Virus record (IMG/VR): IMGVR_UViG_3300031576_000042
Coordinates: 1-62,920 of that record
DNA length: 62,920 nucleotides
Reading direction: 5' to 3' (one strand)
Origin: a virus
Lineage: Duplodnaviria > Caudoviricetes
Shown here: positions 26,631 to 36,627 of the stretch, one piece after another
How positions within the stretch are numbered: the first letter of the stretch is position 1
Layout of the letters: each line of letters starts with the position of its first letter
The notes under the pieces: generated by a model
Seen by the model: the letters and a program-made list of their open reading frames with translations, nothing else
Told to the model about the DNA's origin: nothing
Databases searched by the model: none
Position numbers and translations under genes: made by a program

Positions 26631-29600
26631 AATAAGCCACTTATATTTCAACCATGAGCTACAAGGGAAAGACCACGGAAGAGATTCTGATCTGCTGCTT
26701 GGACAAGCTGTTCCAGCACAGCAATTGTATTGCGAAGCGCCAGCCCTGCAAGGCCGTCCCCATGGCGTTGCATAACGTCGAGGGCGCGTATTGGGACTGG
26801 CTCGAGGAGCGAGAAGCGAAGTGTCGCATGACCGACAAGAAGGACAGGTTGAAGGCAAGGGGCAAGCCATGAGTCACGCACGTACTTGTGCGATATCTCC
26901 TCTCCCTTTTTAAATAAGTTGTTTATATTCCGTTACAACTAGTTTTCAAAGTAGAGAGATTCATATGAGTAGAATTCACAAGCTAAGCACTGAGGGTAAA
27001 AGACAGGCGTTGCGAGAGGCTGAGGCTGAGTACATGCGTCTTATTTACGCAATCGAAGCTTTGGATGTGAACAGTCCTAAATCTACGAGCCACTATGCTG
27101 CGCTAATGGATTTGAGCACCAAGGCGCTTGGGGAGTGCTTTAGATTGCGATCTTTAGACTGATTGAAAGACAAAAGTGAGTTGTGTACGTGCTATTAGCG
27201 ACACTGTAACATACGGCAGTAACCCTTCGCCATGGCAACGCTGCTGGCGCTGCAAGGAGCTGGCATGGGAAGAGCGTAGTCAGGCGGCTGTACACTGGCG
27301 AGAGTGCGTTTTGTGCGTTCGGTGCGCGAAGGCAATGGGTCTTTTCAGGAAGGAGGAAGTGTCGTGACAGACGGAGGTTTTAAGAATCTTGTCGAGGCGG
27401 CGAGGGAAGTCTCAGAGACGATTGCCGAGGACCGAGAGGACGTGATGTTTCTTGGTTCTCTCGAGCGGCTCTCTCGCGCCCTTTCGACTGCACGTCCCGA
27501 CGCCGTGGCGGCGCTGGTTCAAACGATCAAGGACATGGGGCTCGAGCACGAGCTTGGCGATCGGCCTGGAACGCAAGACTGCGGTACGCGGTCAGGCAAC
27601 CCGTGCTCGTGCCTAATCGGAAAGCTTAAGGAGATCATCGCGACACTCGAGGGAATGGAGGCGAAGTGAGCGAGCACGAAGACGAGTTCGATAGAAACCC
27701 GGAGATTCAAGAGGCGGAGTTCGACAGGATAGAACGAGAGATCGAGAAGCGTATGGGCATCCCCCTTACCGACGACGAGCTGGCGAGTCTCGAGGAGGTG
27801 AAGCTCCTGCGATTCCAGCGGCATGTGTTTGAGACTGGTTGCCAGACTGCAATGGCCGAGCGCGACCAGCTACGCCTGTGCGTGGCGGCGCTGGTCGATG
27901 CGCTCAAGTACGTTTCTGGCTATTTGGAATCAGCGCGTAAGCGCTTTGGGGATGACGAGGGGCTGTATGCTCGTGAAGCGGTTTCTGTCGTCTTGTCCTC
28001 GCTCGCCTCGGTGGGCGAGGGGAAAGCGCCAACGGAGCGCGAGGCTATCAGTGTCAAGATTGTTGAGAAGTGCTTTCGTTGTTTTGGTACCGGCAAGGGA
28101 TGGTTTGAGCAGTCAGAGCAACGCTGTCAAGCTTGCGATGGGAAGGGTTGGACCAAGGAGTTTGAGGAGCCATGAATTTTGGACAAATCCAAATCGCACA
28201 GGGTCACTATATCAAGGATGGCCGGTGCGTCCTGTGCCATGAGTTAGAGGCCAAACTTGAACCTGGGCAGTGTCACGGCGGAATGGCCACCATCACGCGC
28301 CTCGAGGCGGAAAACGCCGAGCTGCACACCTGGAAGAAGCAGGTCGAGGAGGACGGCGAGTCGCCACGCAATGCTACTATTGTGCGGCTCGAGGCGGACA
28401 ATGCCGCGCTCTGTCTTGAGCTTGCTCACCAACTCGAGGATAGCGTGAGGCAAGCGTGCCGCACAGACAAGGATGGCGAGTACGATTCCTGCGCCATCTC
28501 GACTTGGGCGGACGCGATGCTGCGGCTTGCCGAGCTGGGACGCTTCACGGTGGACATTCACCATGGCCGGCGTGTCATTGGGAGGTTCGTCGAGGCGAGG
28601 GGAGACCAAGCATGATTGCATTTCACGGAGACCCGAAGATCAAAGCTTTTTATCTTAACCGGATTCGGCAGCATTGTCTTGCAGATGAGCTTGTAAAAGG
28701 TCAGTACTGGAAAAATGGTCGCGGCTGTGGAATCGGCTGCACGATTCACAGCGGCAGTCATGTGGCCTATGAGACGGATCTTGGCATCCCGCAGATTCTC
28801 GCACGGCTCGAGGACGTGACTTTTGAACGACTGGAGAATGGTGAAGCTATGCTGTGGCCAGAAAGATTCCTGGCCACAATCCCCGTTGGCGCCGACCTGT
28901 CACTCGTCTGGCCGCGCTACGCTGTGTGGATGCTTGGCGACACCACGCATGGTGTTCTGCGCCACGCAAAGACGGAGCGCATGAGGTTGGGCATCCGGGG
29001 AGTGCTCGATCTGTACCAAGAGTGGGTGGACCTCGGTATGAAGCCAGATGCCAAACGCTTTAGCGCCGCCTACGACGCCTACGCCGCCTACGCCACCGCC
29101 GACGCATGTAGGGCATGGTGGCTGGCGTCTGCGGCGAAGTTGCTCGAGTTGCTTGGCCATGCGCCCGTGGTCAGCGAGGCGAAGCCATCAGAGGCTGGCG
29201 CGATGTTGGCGGGCAAGGTCGATGTGTATCTTGGTGGTAAGCCGAAGGGAGACGAGGCGTGAAGCTCAGGAAGAAACCAGACATCAAGGTCGAGGTGATT
29301 CGACTCATTAATCACAAGCGGTTCTTCAGGCTTGAGAGGACAACGCTGCCGGGTCACCGTTGGTCCGTCACCATCGACAAGGGTCAATGTACTTTGTACG
29401 GCGAGTCCCTGCGACAGGCAGTAGAGACCGCGTTCGAGGAGCTTGAAGGGAAAAGCGCATGAACATCTCCGACCTCACGCCCGATCAGAGGCTGTGCCTG
29501 CTCGTGCGGCACCCGAAGTTTACAGGGCTCGAAAAGCGTGGTGTTAGGCCGCCAATAGCCGGCCCGTTTTGGCGGATCTATTTTGATGGGCTCCACAGCG

Positions 29601-30044
29601 TCGATGCCAAGACCATCGACGCCGCCGTTACCGCCGCGCTCGAGGCGCTGGAGGTGAAAGGTGCGTGACCCGATTCAGGAGCAGTTCGATGCGCGCCTGC
29701 TCTGGCTCGACGAATCCACCTGGTCCGCGTGGGTGCCGGAGTACCTGAAGCTCGCCCGCGAGAACGCGGCGCTGCGGCGGCTGTGCGCGCGGGCTGTTGA
29801 ACATATCGGTGATGTCGACTTGGCCAGCAAGAAGGAATGCTGTTTTCTTGATAGTCTGGTTGCCGCCGCCAGCGGTTTGGAGGTGATGTGATGGCGAAGA
29901 GGAAACGCGAGACACTCATTGACAAGGCCGAGGCTGCCGCAGACTGCATTGCCAAGGCACATGGGATTCGGCGCGGCGGGAACTGGTGGCTTGCACACGA
30001 CGGCTTCAAGGCCAGTTACCGCGCCGCGAAGCTCGAGAAAGGAC

Positions 30045-30404
30045 ATGAGAAGTGAAGACAGTCAAGGTTTAACCGACAAACACAAGCTGCGCGATGTCGA
30101 GGTTGCCGAAATCACCCACGAAATGATCAAGACGATGAACGAGCCAAACCAGATTCCGCTGAAAGTGTTCGCTGACATCATCAAGCCTTTCACCTACCAT
30201 GCGCCACGAGAAGGCCAGCCACTCACCTACCAGCAGATCCGCGACTGGGCGAAGTCGTTCGCCATGCTGCTCGCTGGGCTGTGTCCCGAATCTCGCGAGC
30301 GGTCGCTGGCACTCACGCACCTGGAGGAGGTCGTCTTCTGGGCGAACGCCTCCATTGCAAGGTCGCCAACCACCGGCGCCCCGGCGCCAGGAGAGAAGCG
30401 ATGA
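30045..30404 (+). CDS. Acb2/Tad1-hairpin-like (DUF7681-type) protein, candidate anti-defence nucleotide sponge
   Basis: FTYHAP..GQ...YQQIR..AK.FA......CPESRERSLALTHLEEVVFWANASIAR. Confidence 0.65.
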   Translation: MRSEDSQGLTDKHKLRDVEVAEITHEMIKTMNEPNQIPLKVFADIIKPFTYHAPREGQPLTYQQIRDWAKSFAMLLAGLCPESRERSLALTHLEEVVFWANASIARSPTTGAPAPGEKR

Positions 30405-31106
30405 CGTTTCCACGTTGCCCACGCTGCCGCTCAGTCACGATCTACCGTGTCCCGTCGTTGTTGTTTCCGGCGGGTTTGTTTTGTGTGAGCTGCCGGCACA
30501 TGTGGAAGCCGAGGAAGAAGCCGAGGAAGAAGCCGTGACCCGATCCGAACGAATCGAGGCGGCGGCGAGATATATCACCACGCAATTTTCGCCGCGAATT
30601 CGCTACATTGGTAACATGTGTACGGACTACGAAATCTCCGAGTACGCCATGGAGTTACTCTGCGCCGCGCTCGCCGAGCCGGAGCCAAGTACTAATGAAG
30701 TACTAATTCCTACTAAAATTAGTACTTCGCCGGCCGAGCCGGAGACGCTGGAACCGTATGGCTGGGTCGTCGATGATGAGTGCGAGGTGAACCCGCGCGT
30801 GTGCTTTGACCGGGTGGCGGCCGAGCTTGAGTCTGAGCGCCGTGGATGCGCCCTCATCGCAATCTACCATCACCCGCCCGGCGTGGCGGAGGACTCGCTC
30901 AGGAAGGAAGTTCGTCAGCTCGCAGACGACGCCGCAAGCTTCATGTATCGCGTCGGCTTCGTGGCTGGGACGCCTGACGAAGAGCTGCACCGCACGCTCG
31001 TTGCGCTCGCGGGAAAGCACATCGCCGACTGGCAGCCCAACGAGTACGGGGACCGTGGCTCCAAGGGCAAACAGCCCGGCGTGGCGGAGGAAGATGGGGG
31101 GCGGGC

Positions 31107-31571
31107 ATGACCAAGTGTTGCGACAACTGCGGCTTTGATTACCGTCGGCCGAGGTATAGCAGTAACGCACAGTGGGCCAAAATGAGGTTCTGTTCGCATG
31201 GGTGCAACGTTGAGCACCGGAGAAAAGATGGCAGCGTCGTAGCCCGGCTGATGGGCCAGATAGACTTTGGCGGATGCGCGGCGGGAGAGACCTGTTGGAA
31301 CTGGACCGGGACGCTAAGCGGCAGCGGCTACCCACGATTGAGCTTGGGGAAATATCGCAAAATTAGTGCAAGTCGCGTTGCGTATAGAGCCTTTGCAGGC
31401 CCGATTTCTGATGGCCTATTCGTCCTGCATCGATGCGACAATCCAGCGTGCGTTAACCCGGCGCACCTCTTCCTTGGAACGCCACAAGACAACATGGACG
31501 ACATGGTCCGCAAGGGGAGAGATCGGGGCGCCAAGCGCCGCCGCGCCCAGGGCGGGAAGGAGATGACGTGA
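31107..31571 (+). CDS. HNH endonuclease (HNH_3 type)
   Basis: CWNWTG...GY...ASRVAY...VLHRCDNPACVNPAHLFLGTPQDNMDD. Confidence 0.9.
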   Translation: MTKCCDNCGFDYRRPRYSSNAQWAKMRFCSHGCNVEHRRKDGSVVARLMGQIDFGGCAAGETCWNWTGTLSGSGYPRLSLGKYRKISASRVAYRAFAGPISDGLFVLHRCDNPACVNPAHLFLGTPQDNMDDMVRKGRDRGAKRRRAQGGKEMT

Positions 31572-32607
31572 ACGAAGACCTCGGTATGAAAGCCCGGCAC
31601 GCAATCATCACGCCGACGTGCCGAGAGAACCGCACAGACGGCGGAGCTTGGGGCGAGGCGTGCGACCGGCTGAAGGACAGCTATCGTCAATGCCTGTCGG
31701 GTTGGAGGATGGACGGCAAGGAGCCGACCTTTCACCTGGTGCTGTATGTTGAGAGGCCAGAAGTCCAGCCGGCGGCCGGCGACCAAACGACTGACGGAGG
31801 ACGAGCGTGAGAGACTTCCTTACCAAGAACATCAAGATTTTCTGAGCGGTGGTCGTGAGGTACGGTCGTACCTGCCCGCCTGGGTTCTTGCCCGTTTACT
31901 CGGTGTCGACGGAAGAGGAAGCCAAGAGGCTTCTCGTTCTGACCTGTCCGCGCAGTGACACCGGAGAGTTTGTTTCGAGAGAGCTTTTCAACGAGCAGAG
32001 TATCGAGTGTCTCCAGGCATTTCAGAAGCGGCTGCACCAAGCGTGGCTCTTCATGATTCGCAACCAGCCATCGGCCGGCGGGCCGAAGGGGGCAACGTGA
32101 GTTACCAAGGGTTCACACACTGCGTTCCGTCGTGGCTCTTGCCACTGTGGCGACGGATCTTCTGTCGTCGCGACTGGCACGCATGGGACGAGGTGTTGAG
32201 CGACGATCGTCATTATCTTGGGTGCGATGCGTGCGGGCGTCATGTGGATATCCAGGTAGCCGCACTGCGTGCCGATGACGCAACGGACGGCGGACAAAAG
32301 GCAAAGGAGAGTTGAACATGCAAGTGATTAGTGAAACGCGAATCTACAAGCGCATCGAGGTCAAGGCCGCGAGGTTTCAAATCTGTGGCGACGCCGACCA
32401 AGACTTTGTTCACCTGGGCATCCCTGGGATGAAGTTCAAGGTTGAGTGCGATGAGTCACATGGGTACTTCTACGACAACTGGACGTTACCAGAGTTGCGC
32501 GAGCTGTCCAATGGTATTCACGAGTTCATTCGTTTACATGATAAGGGTGCGGTGCTGGTGGGAACCGTCGAAGCCCAGCCCGTAGCTGGCGTGGTGAAGG
32601 TGGTAGA

Positions 32608-32907
32608 GTGATGGCAAAGCTCAAGGACTTCGGAAACGGTTATTTCCTCTTCTGGTGCCAGGGATGTAAAGAGCCGCACTCGTATCAGGTGCCGCTGTGG
32701 ACGTGGAACGGTTCTATGGAAGCTCCCACCTTCACGCCGTCGCTGCTTATCTTCCCGTATGAGAGGTCTGTTCCTCCTCGCAAGCGCTGTCATCTGTTTG
32801 TTACGGATGGCAAGATTCAGTTTTGTGGTGATAGCCAGCATGTTCTTGCTGGTAAAATGGTGGACATGCTGGACTGGGACGAAGCGGCAAAGGGGTGGAG
32901 TGAATAG
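32608..32907 (+). CDS. DUF6527-like protein
   Basis: FWCQGC..PH...WTWNG....PTFTPS...RCHLFVTDGKIQFCGDS.H.LAG. Confidence 0.65.
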   Translation: MMAKLKDFGNGYFLFWCQGCKEPHSYQVPLWTWNGSMEAPTFTPSLLIFPYERSVPPRKRCHLFVTDGKIQFCGDSQHVLAGKMVDMLDWDEAAKGWSE

Positions 32908-33665
32908 ATCGTGGATGTGTTCGCCCTGTAAGGTATTGCGCTGACTGAAGAGAACTAACAACCGAAAGGAGACTGACCATGCAATGGGATGTGACCGTCT
33001 ATCCTGCCAAGAACAAGATTGAGGCGCTGGATTTGTTTGGTACGGTGGCGTTGGCCATGGGAGTCGCGCACGCAGAAATGTTGAAACTGGCTCTTTATGC
33101 CAAGGACGAAGAAGCGCGGCAACGGCATCTTGGCGATGCCGGACGTAATCTTGAAGCGCAGATGAAGCTTGCTCAAATTGAGATGTTTATTCACAACCTG
33201 CCTGACGTGAAGCTATGAGACTAGAGCACGATCACAAATATAGCCATGGATGTCCAAATAGCTGATTTGTTGATTTTGAGTATTATAGGGAGATACGGAT
33301 GGCGTAAAATGGCAAGCTTTTTAGCTGGTGGATGGTGTATCAGCATACGGTGAAAAGTGATTTTTAATAAGCGGTTTATATCTTGCATAAGGTAATTGTA
33401 AATAAACAAAAACTTCACGAGTGGAAAAAGATTGCTAAAGTTGGTGGTCGTGGGTACGTTTTTTCTGGTAATCATTTAAAGGACCTTATAGAGCAGGTAG
33501 AGTTTTTACTTGAAGTCACAGAAAGATTTGTTATGTTTGACAAGTGGGTACGTTCTGATTTTGATAGGGACGATGCGTATGTTGAGCAGTATTTTCGTCT
33601 TCTTAAAGGAGTACGAGAGTCCTTAAAAAGGATAACTATCGTTACGGTAAAGCAATAAATCTTCC

Positions 33666-34367
33666 ATGGCCAGGCTTCGTAAGAAACATATTGGTCCTAG
33701 CGCTACACTTGCTGTAAATTTACAGCCTACAATCTGTAGATCTTGTGAGCTTCATGATGTATGTCCTAATTATGACCAAGATAGTATGTCGTGTAGGTTC
33801 ATTGACGCTGCTGTAAAAGACTTTATTGGAAGTGCCTGTACCTTGCCTTATGTTGAAGAGCGAGATAAGTTTGCTGTAAGGAATCTAGCGGCATTACATG
33901 CTTCAATTTTAATAACCGAATTATATTTTAAGAAGTACGGTATTATTGTCATCAGTTTGTGGAATAACATGCCAATGCCTGAATATCGTCAGCTTTATAA
34001 GGATTGGGCACGCATGGTAAGGGAGCTGAACAATGGGCTGTCCAAATTCGGATTGACTCCAGCGAGTAGAGCAGCGTTGAACTATGTTGAAGGCCGAACA
34101 AATGCAGGTGCCTTGCTAGACTACATAGAAAAGAAGGCTGAGGTACTAAAGGATGGAGCTGAATCTTCGGGAGAAGATAAACATCGTAGATTTTTGCAAA
34201 GATCCACAACTGCTGAATCTCCAGCTCCTGGAGACGCAAGTAGTGATTCTAAAGAGAGCCTACGGAATACCTTTAACGAGGAGCCAGGCAGAGCTTTGGA
34301 ATTGGATGCTGTCGGGACCGAGCTTGACGGAGAATGGGCTGAGGAATCTGTCAAAGCCGACACTTGA
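33666..34367 (+). CDS. terS: Terminase small subunit (P27-like)
   Basis: FGLTPASRA motif; immediately upstream of and overlapping TerL. Confidence 0.7.
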   Translation: MARLRKKHIGPSATLAVNLQPTICRSCELHDVCPNYDQDSMSCRFIDAAVKDFIGSACTLPYVEERDKFAVRNLAALHASILITELYFKKYGIIVISLWNNMPMPEYRQLYKDWARMVRELNNGLSKFGLTPASRAALNYVEGRTNAGALLDYIEKKAEVLKDGAESSGEDKHRRFLQRSTTAESPAPGDASSDSKESLRNTFNEEPGRALELDAVGTELDGEWAEESVKADT

Positions 34368-35679
34368 ACTATCAGAGATAATTCTTCTGCTTGGTGGTCG
34401 GTCTGGCAAAACAACCATCGCTTCTGCTATAGCAGCATACGAGACTTGCTGTACTGATTGGAGAAAGTATACACGTCTGGGTGAGCTTGCTTGGTTTTTT
34501 ATCATTGCTCGTAGGGAGCAGCAAGCTATGGATCTTGGGCGTAATATGATCTTCAGTATGATTAAGCGGTCACCGCTTCTTTCCTCGTTGATTATTCAGG
34601 ATTCGAGAGTTTCTAAGGATACTACGCTATTCCCTAACTCTAAAACAGGTGTTCTTGTTCTCGAAACAGGCTGTGCAGTAACGGCCCTGCCATGCTCGTC
34701 TACAGTAGGTCGTGGATACCCTATATGCGGGTGTATTCTTGACGAGGTAGCTTGGTTTGCCAGAGAGTCTAAAAATGATACTACAGATCGTGGTATTTAT
34801 GACGCGATTCTTCCACGTATGATTCAATTCTCTGGTAATGCTAAAATGGTGTTGATTACTACACCGGCTGATAAGAGTGGTCTGGTGTACGAGAAGTGGA
34901 AAGCCAGGCAAGACAACGCAAAGTACTACTTTATTGTTAAGCTACCAACGTGGAAAGTACGAATTGATTTCGATAAGCATTTTTTCGAGCATCATAAGAA
35001 AATGTCTCCCTTTGGATTCTATAGGGAGTTTGGCTCAGAGTTTACCGATACTGTTTCTCCGCTGCTTAAGCATTCTGAAGTAGAATCTTGTATGAGACCT
35101 GATGCAGAGCCTATACCGCCAAACAAAGATCACTCGTACTTTATGGCTATTGATGCTGCTTTCGGCGATAGGGATCGTTTTGGTCTTGCCGTAGGGCATG
35201 TAGAGAGAGATCCAGGTAAGGAAGAAGAATTTAAAGTCGTTGTTGATCTTGTTACCAAGATTGATGAGCAGTTCAATGAGGATATTGTAGACACTGCGGC
35301 AGACTTGATTGCTGAGGTATATAGGAAGTATGACGTGTTTGAGGTTCGTGGTGACGACCATCAAGGAGATGCTTTTGGTAAGATTCTCGACCAACGTGGT
35401 GTCCAGCTTACTACAGAGCCATGGAGCGCTAAAAAACATCGTTCTTGTTATGGCCGCCTTAGAAGTCTTATAAAGCAAAAGAGAATAAGCCTACCAAGAA
35501 ACGAAGATTTACTTGAAGAGTTGTGTGGTCTTCAGATAAAATACCTCACGGGATCGGGTCAGTATACTGTTGGGCATAAAGTTGGTGGTCATGATGATAT
35601 GTCAGACCCTGTGTCAGAAGTTGTGTATCAGATTACCGAAGAAGAGCAGGTTGGTGAAGTCGGTGTTCAGCTCTTTTAA
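34153..35679 (+). CDS. terL: Terminase large subunit
   Basis: Walker A GGRSGKT, Walker B ILDE, ITTP, nuclease IDAAFG..D and HDDMSD. Confidence 0.9.
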   Translation: MELNLREKINIVDFCKDPQLLNLQLLETQVVILKRAYGIPLTRSQAELWNWMLSGPSLTENGLRNLSKPTLELSEIILLLGGRSGKTTIASAIAAYETCCTDWRKYTRLGELAWFFIIARREQQAMDLGRNMIFSMIKRSPLLSSLIIQDSRVSKDTTLFPNSKTGVLVLETGCAVTALPCSSTVGRGYPICGCILDEVAWFARESKNDTTDRGIYDAILPRMIQFSGNAKMVLITTPADKSGLVYEKWKARQDNAKYYFIVKLPTWKVRIDFDKHFFEHHKKMSPFGFYREFGSEFTDTVSPLLKHSEVESCMRPDAEPIPPNKDHSYFMAIDAAFGDRDRFGLAVGHVERDPGKEEEFKVVVDLVTKIDEQFNEDIVDTAADLIAEVYRKYDVFEVRGDDHQGDAFGKILDQRGVQLTTEPWSAKKHRSCYGRLRSLIKQKRISLPRNEDLLEELCGLQIKYLTGSGQYTVGHKVGGHDDMSDPVSEVVYQITEEEQVGEVGVQLF

Positions 35680-35748
35680 TAAGCCGCTTATATTCATATG
35701 GGTACTATAGCTCAAAGTGCTGGTAGTCAGTAATAAGAAGGAGCTACA

Positions 35749-36135
35749 TTGGCACTAACAAAAGTAGACGCGATTATATTCGGTACATTACAGATCAACT
35801 TGTCTCCGTCTGCAAGCTCAACTAACTCCAGTTGGATTGACGTGCAAGGGGCGTATGCTGTGCAGGTGAATTTGAAGCTTATTAACGGTACGACAATTAC
35901 TATAGGTGCTAAGATCAAGATCGAGACTGCTTCAAGAGACCCTGGCTTAGGCGGCATTCCTGCTGATTTTACCCCTGAGTTTCAGGCTGTTGTTACTAAC
36001 AGTGTTATAACGTCATGGTCTGTTGAGCTGCCGATTGGCGTTGAGTTCTTCCGTGTGTCTGTAACTCATCCAACGTATTCTGGCGGAGTATCTACCCTTG
36101 ATGCTGAATATACAAAAATCACAAGTATAACTTAA
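35749..36135 (+). CDS. Small beta-rich virion-type protein, paralog of C-terminal domain of 36628..39336
   Basis: SSWIDV...VQVNLKLING...LPIGVEFFRV..TH...LDAEYTKIT aligns with SAWQDV...VQVHIKLTNT...LPAGVKYFRI..TH...LDCEFTKVT. Confidence 0.7.
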   Translation: MALTKVDAIIFGTLQINLSPSASSTNSSWIDVQGAYAVQVNLKLINGTTITIGAKIKIETASRDPGLGGIPADFTPEFQAVVTNSVITSWSVELPIGVEFFRVSVTHPTYSGGVSTLDAEYTKITSIT

Positions 36136-36145
36136 ACAACGAGTT

Positions 36146-36625
36146 ATGGCAAAGTCTATTATTCCTGTTAAAGATAGGTTTTTAAATCTTGTGGATTGGT
36201 CTGGTGTAGCTGCTGGCTGTTCTTGTTGGAATTTGATTGGGTCTTTAGTACGTAGTGGGTATGGGCGTGTTCATATCGGTCATAGAGGAAAAATAGTTGC
36301 CCATAGGGTTTCTTATATGTTGTTTAATGGACAAATCACAGATAATCTTTGTGTCTGCCATAAGTGTGATAACCCAAGATGTGTTAACCCAACCCATTTA
36401 TTTCTAGGTACTGCTGGAGACAATGTAAGAGATGCCGTAAAAAAGGGCAGGAAGCCTGGATTGCGAGGGGAACGTAATAATTTTTGTAAACTTACATCAG
36501 TACAGGTCAAAGATATAAGAGGAAGATACTGGCCTGGAATGGCTGCTGAATTGGCGAAAGAATTTTGTGTTAGTTGTCGAGCTATTACTGGAATTGCCAA
36601 CAGAGAGCATAGGATTTTTGGTTAA
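36146..36625 (+). CDS. HNH endonuclease (HNH_3 type)
   Basis: VAHRVSY...CHKCDNPRCVNPTHLFLGT..DN; C-terminal GERN..KLT...IR. Confidence 0.9.
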   Translation: MAKSIIPVKDRFLNLVDWSGVAAGCSCWNLIGSLVRSGYGRVHIGHRGKIVAHRVSYMLFNGQITDNLCVCHKCDNPRCVNPTHLFLGTAGDNVRDAVKKGRKPGLRGERNNFCKLTSVQVKDIRGRYWPGMAAELAKEFCVSCRAITGIANREHRIFG

Positions 36626-36627
36626 AC

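Larger units (their letters stand above)
26654..33658 (+). other. Accessory cluster of ~25 small, overlapping hypothetical ORFs, mostly GC-rich (e.g. 26654-26872, 26965-27162, 27666-28175, 28172-28615, 28612-29262, 29259-29462, 29459-29668, 31568-31810, 32312-32611, 32979-33218, 33383-33658)
   Basis: ATGA/GTGA overlaps and GGAGG-type SDs; visibly higher GC than the core genome between ~27.3 and 33.2 kb. Confidence 0.7.

Noticed and set aside
26568-26881. Minus-strand ORFs overlapping the RNA end
   Set aside because: Shadow frames of a + strand gene and terminator; no SD, no motifs
29064-29105. GCCTACGACGCCTACGCCGCCTACGCC short repeat
   Set aside because: Ordinary Ala/Tyr/Asp low-complexity coding tract common in phage hypothetical proteins
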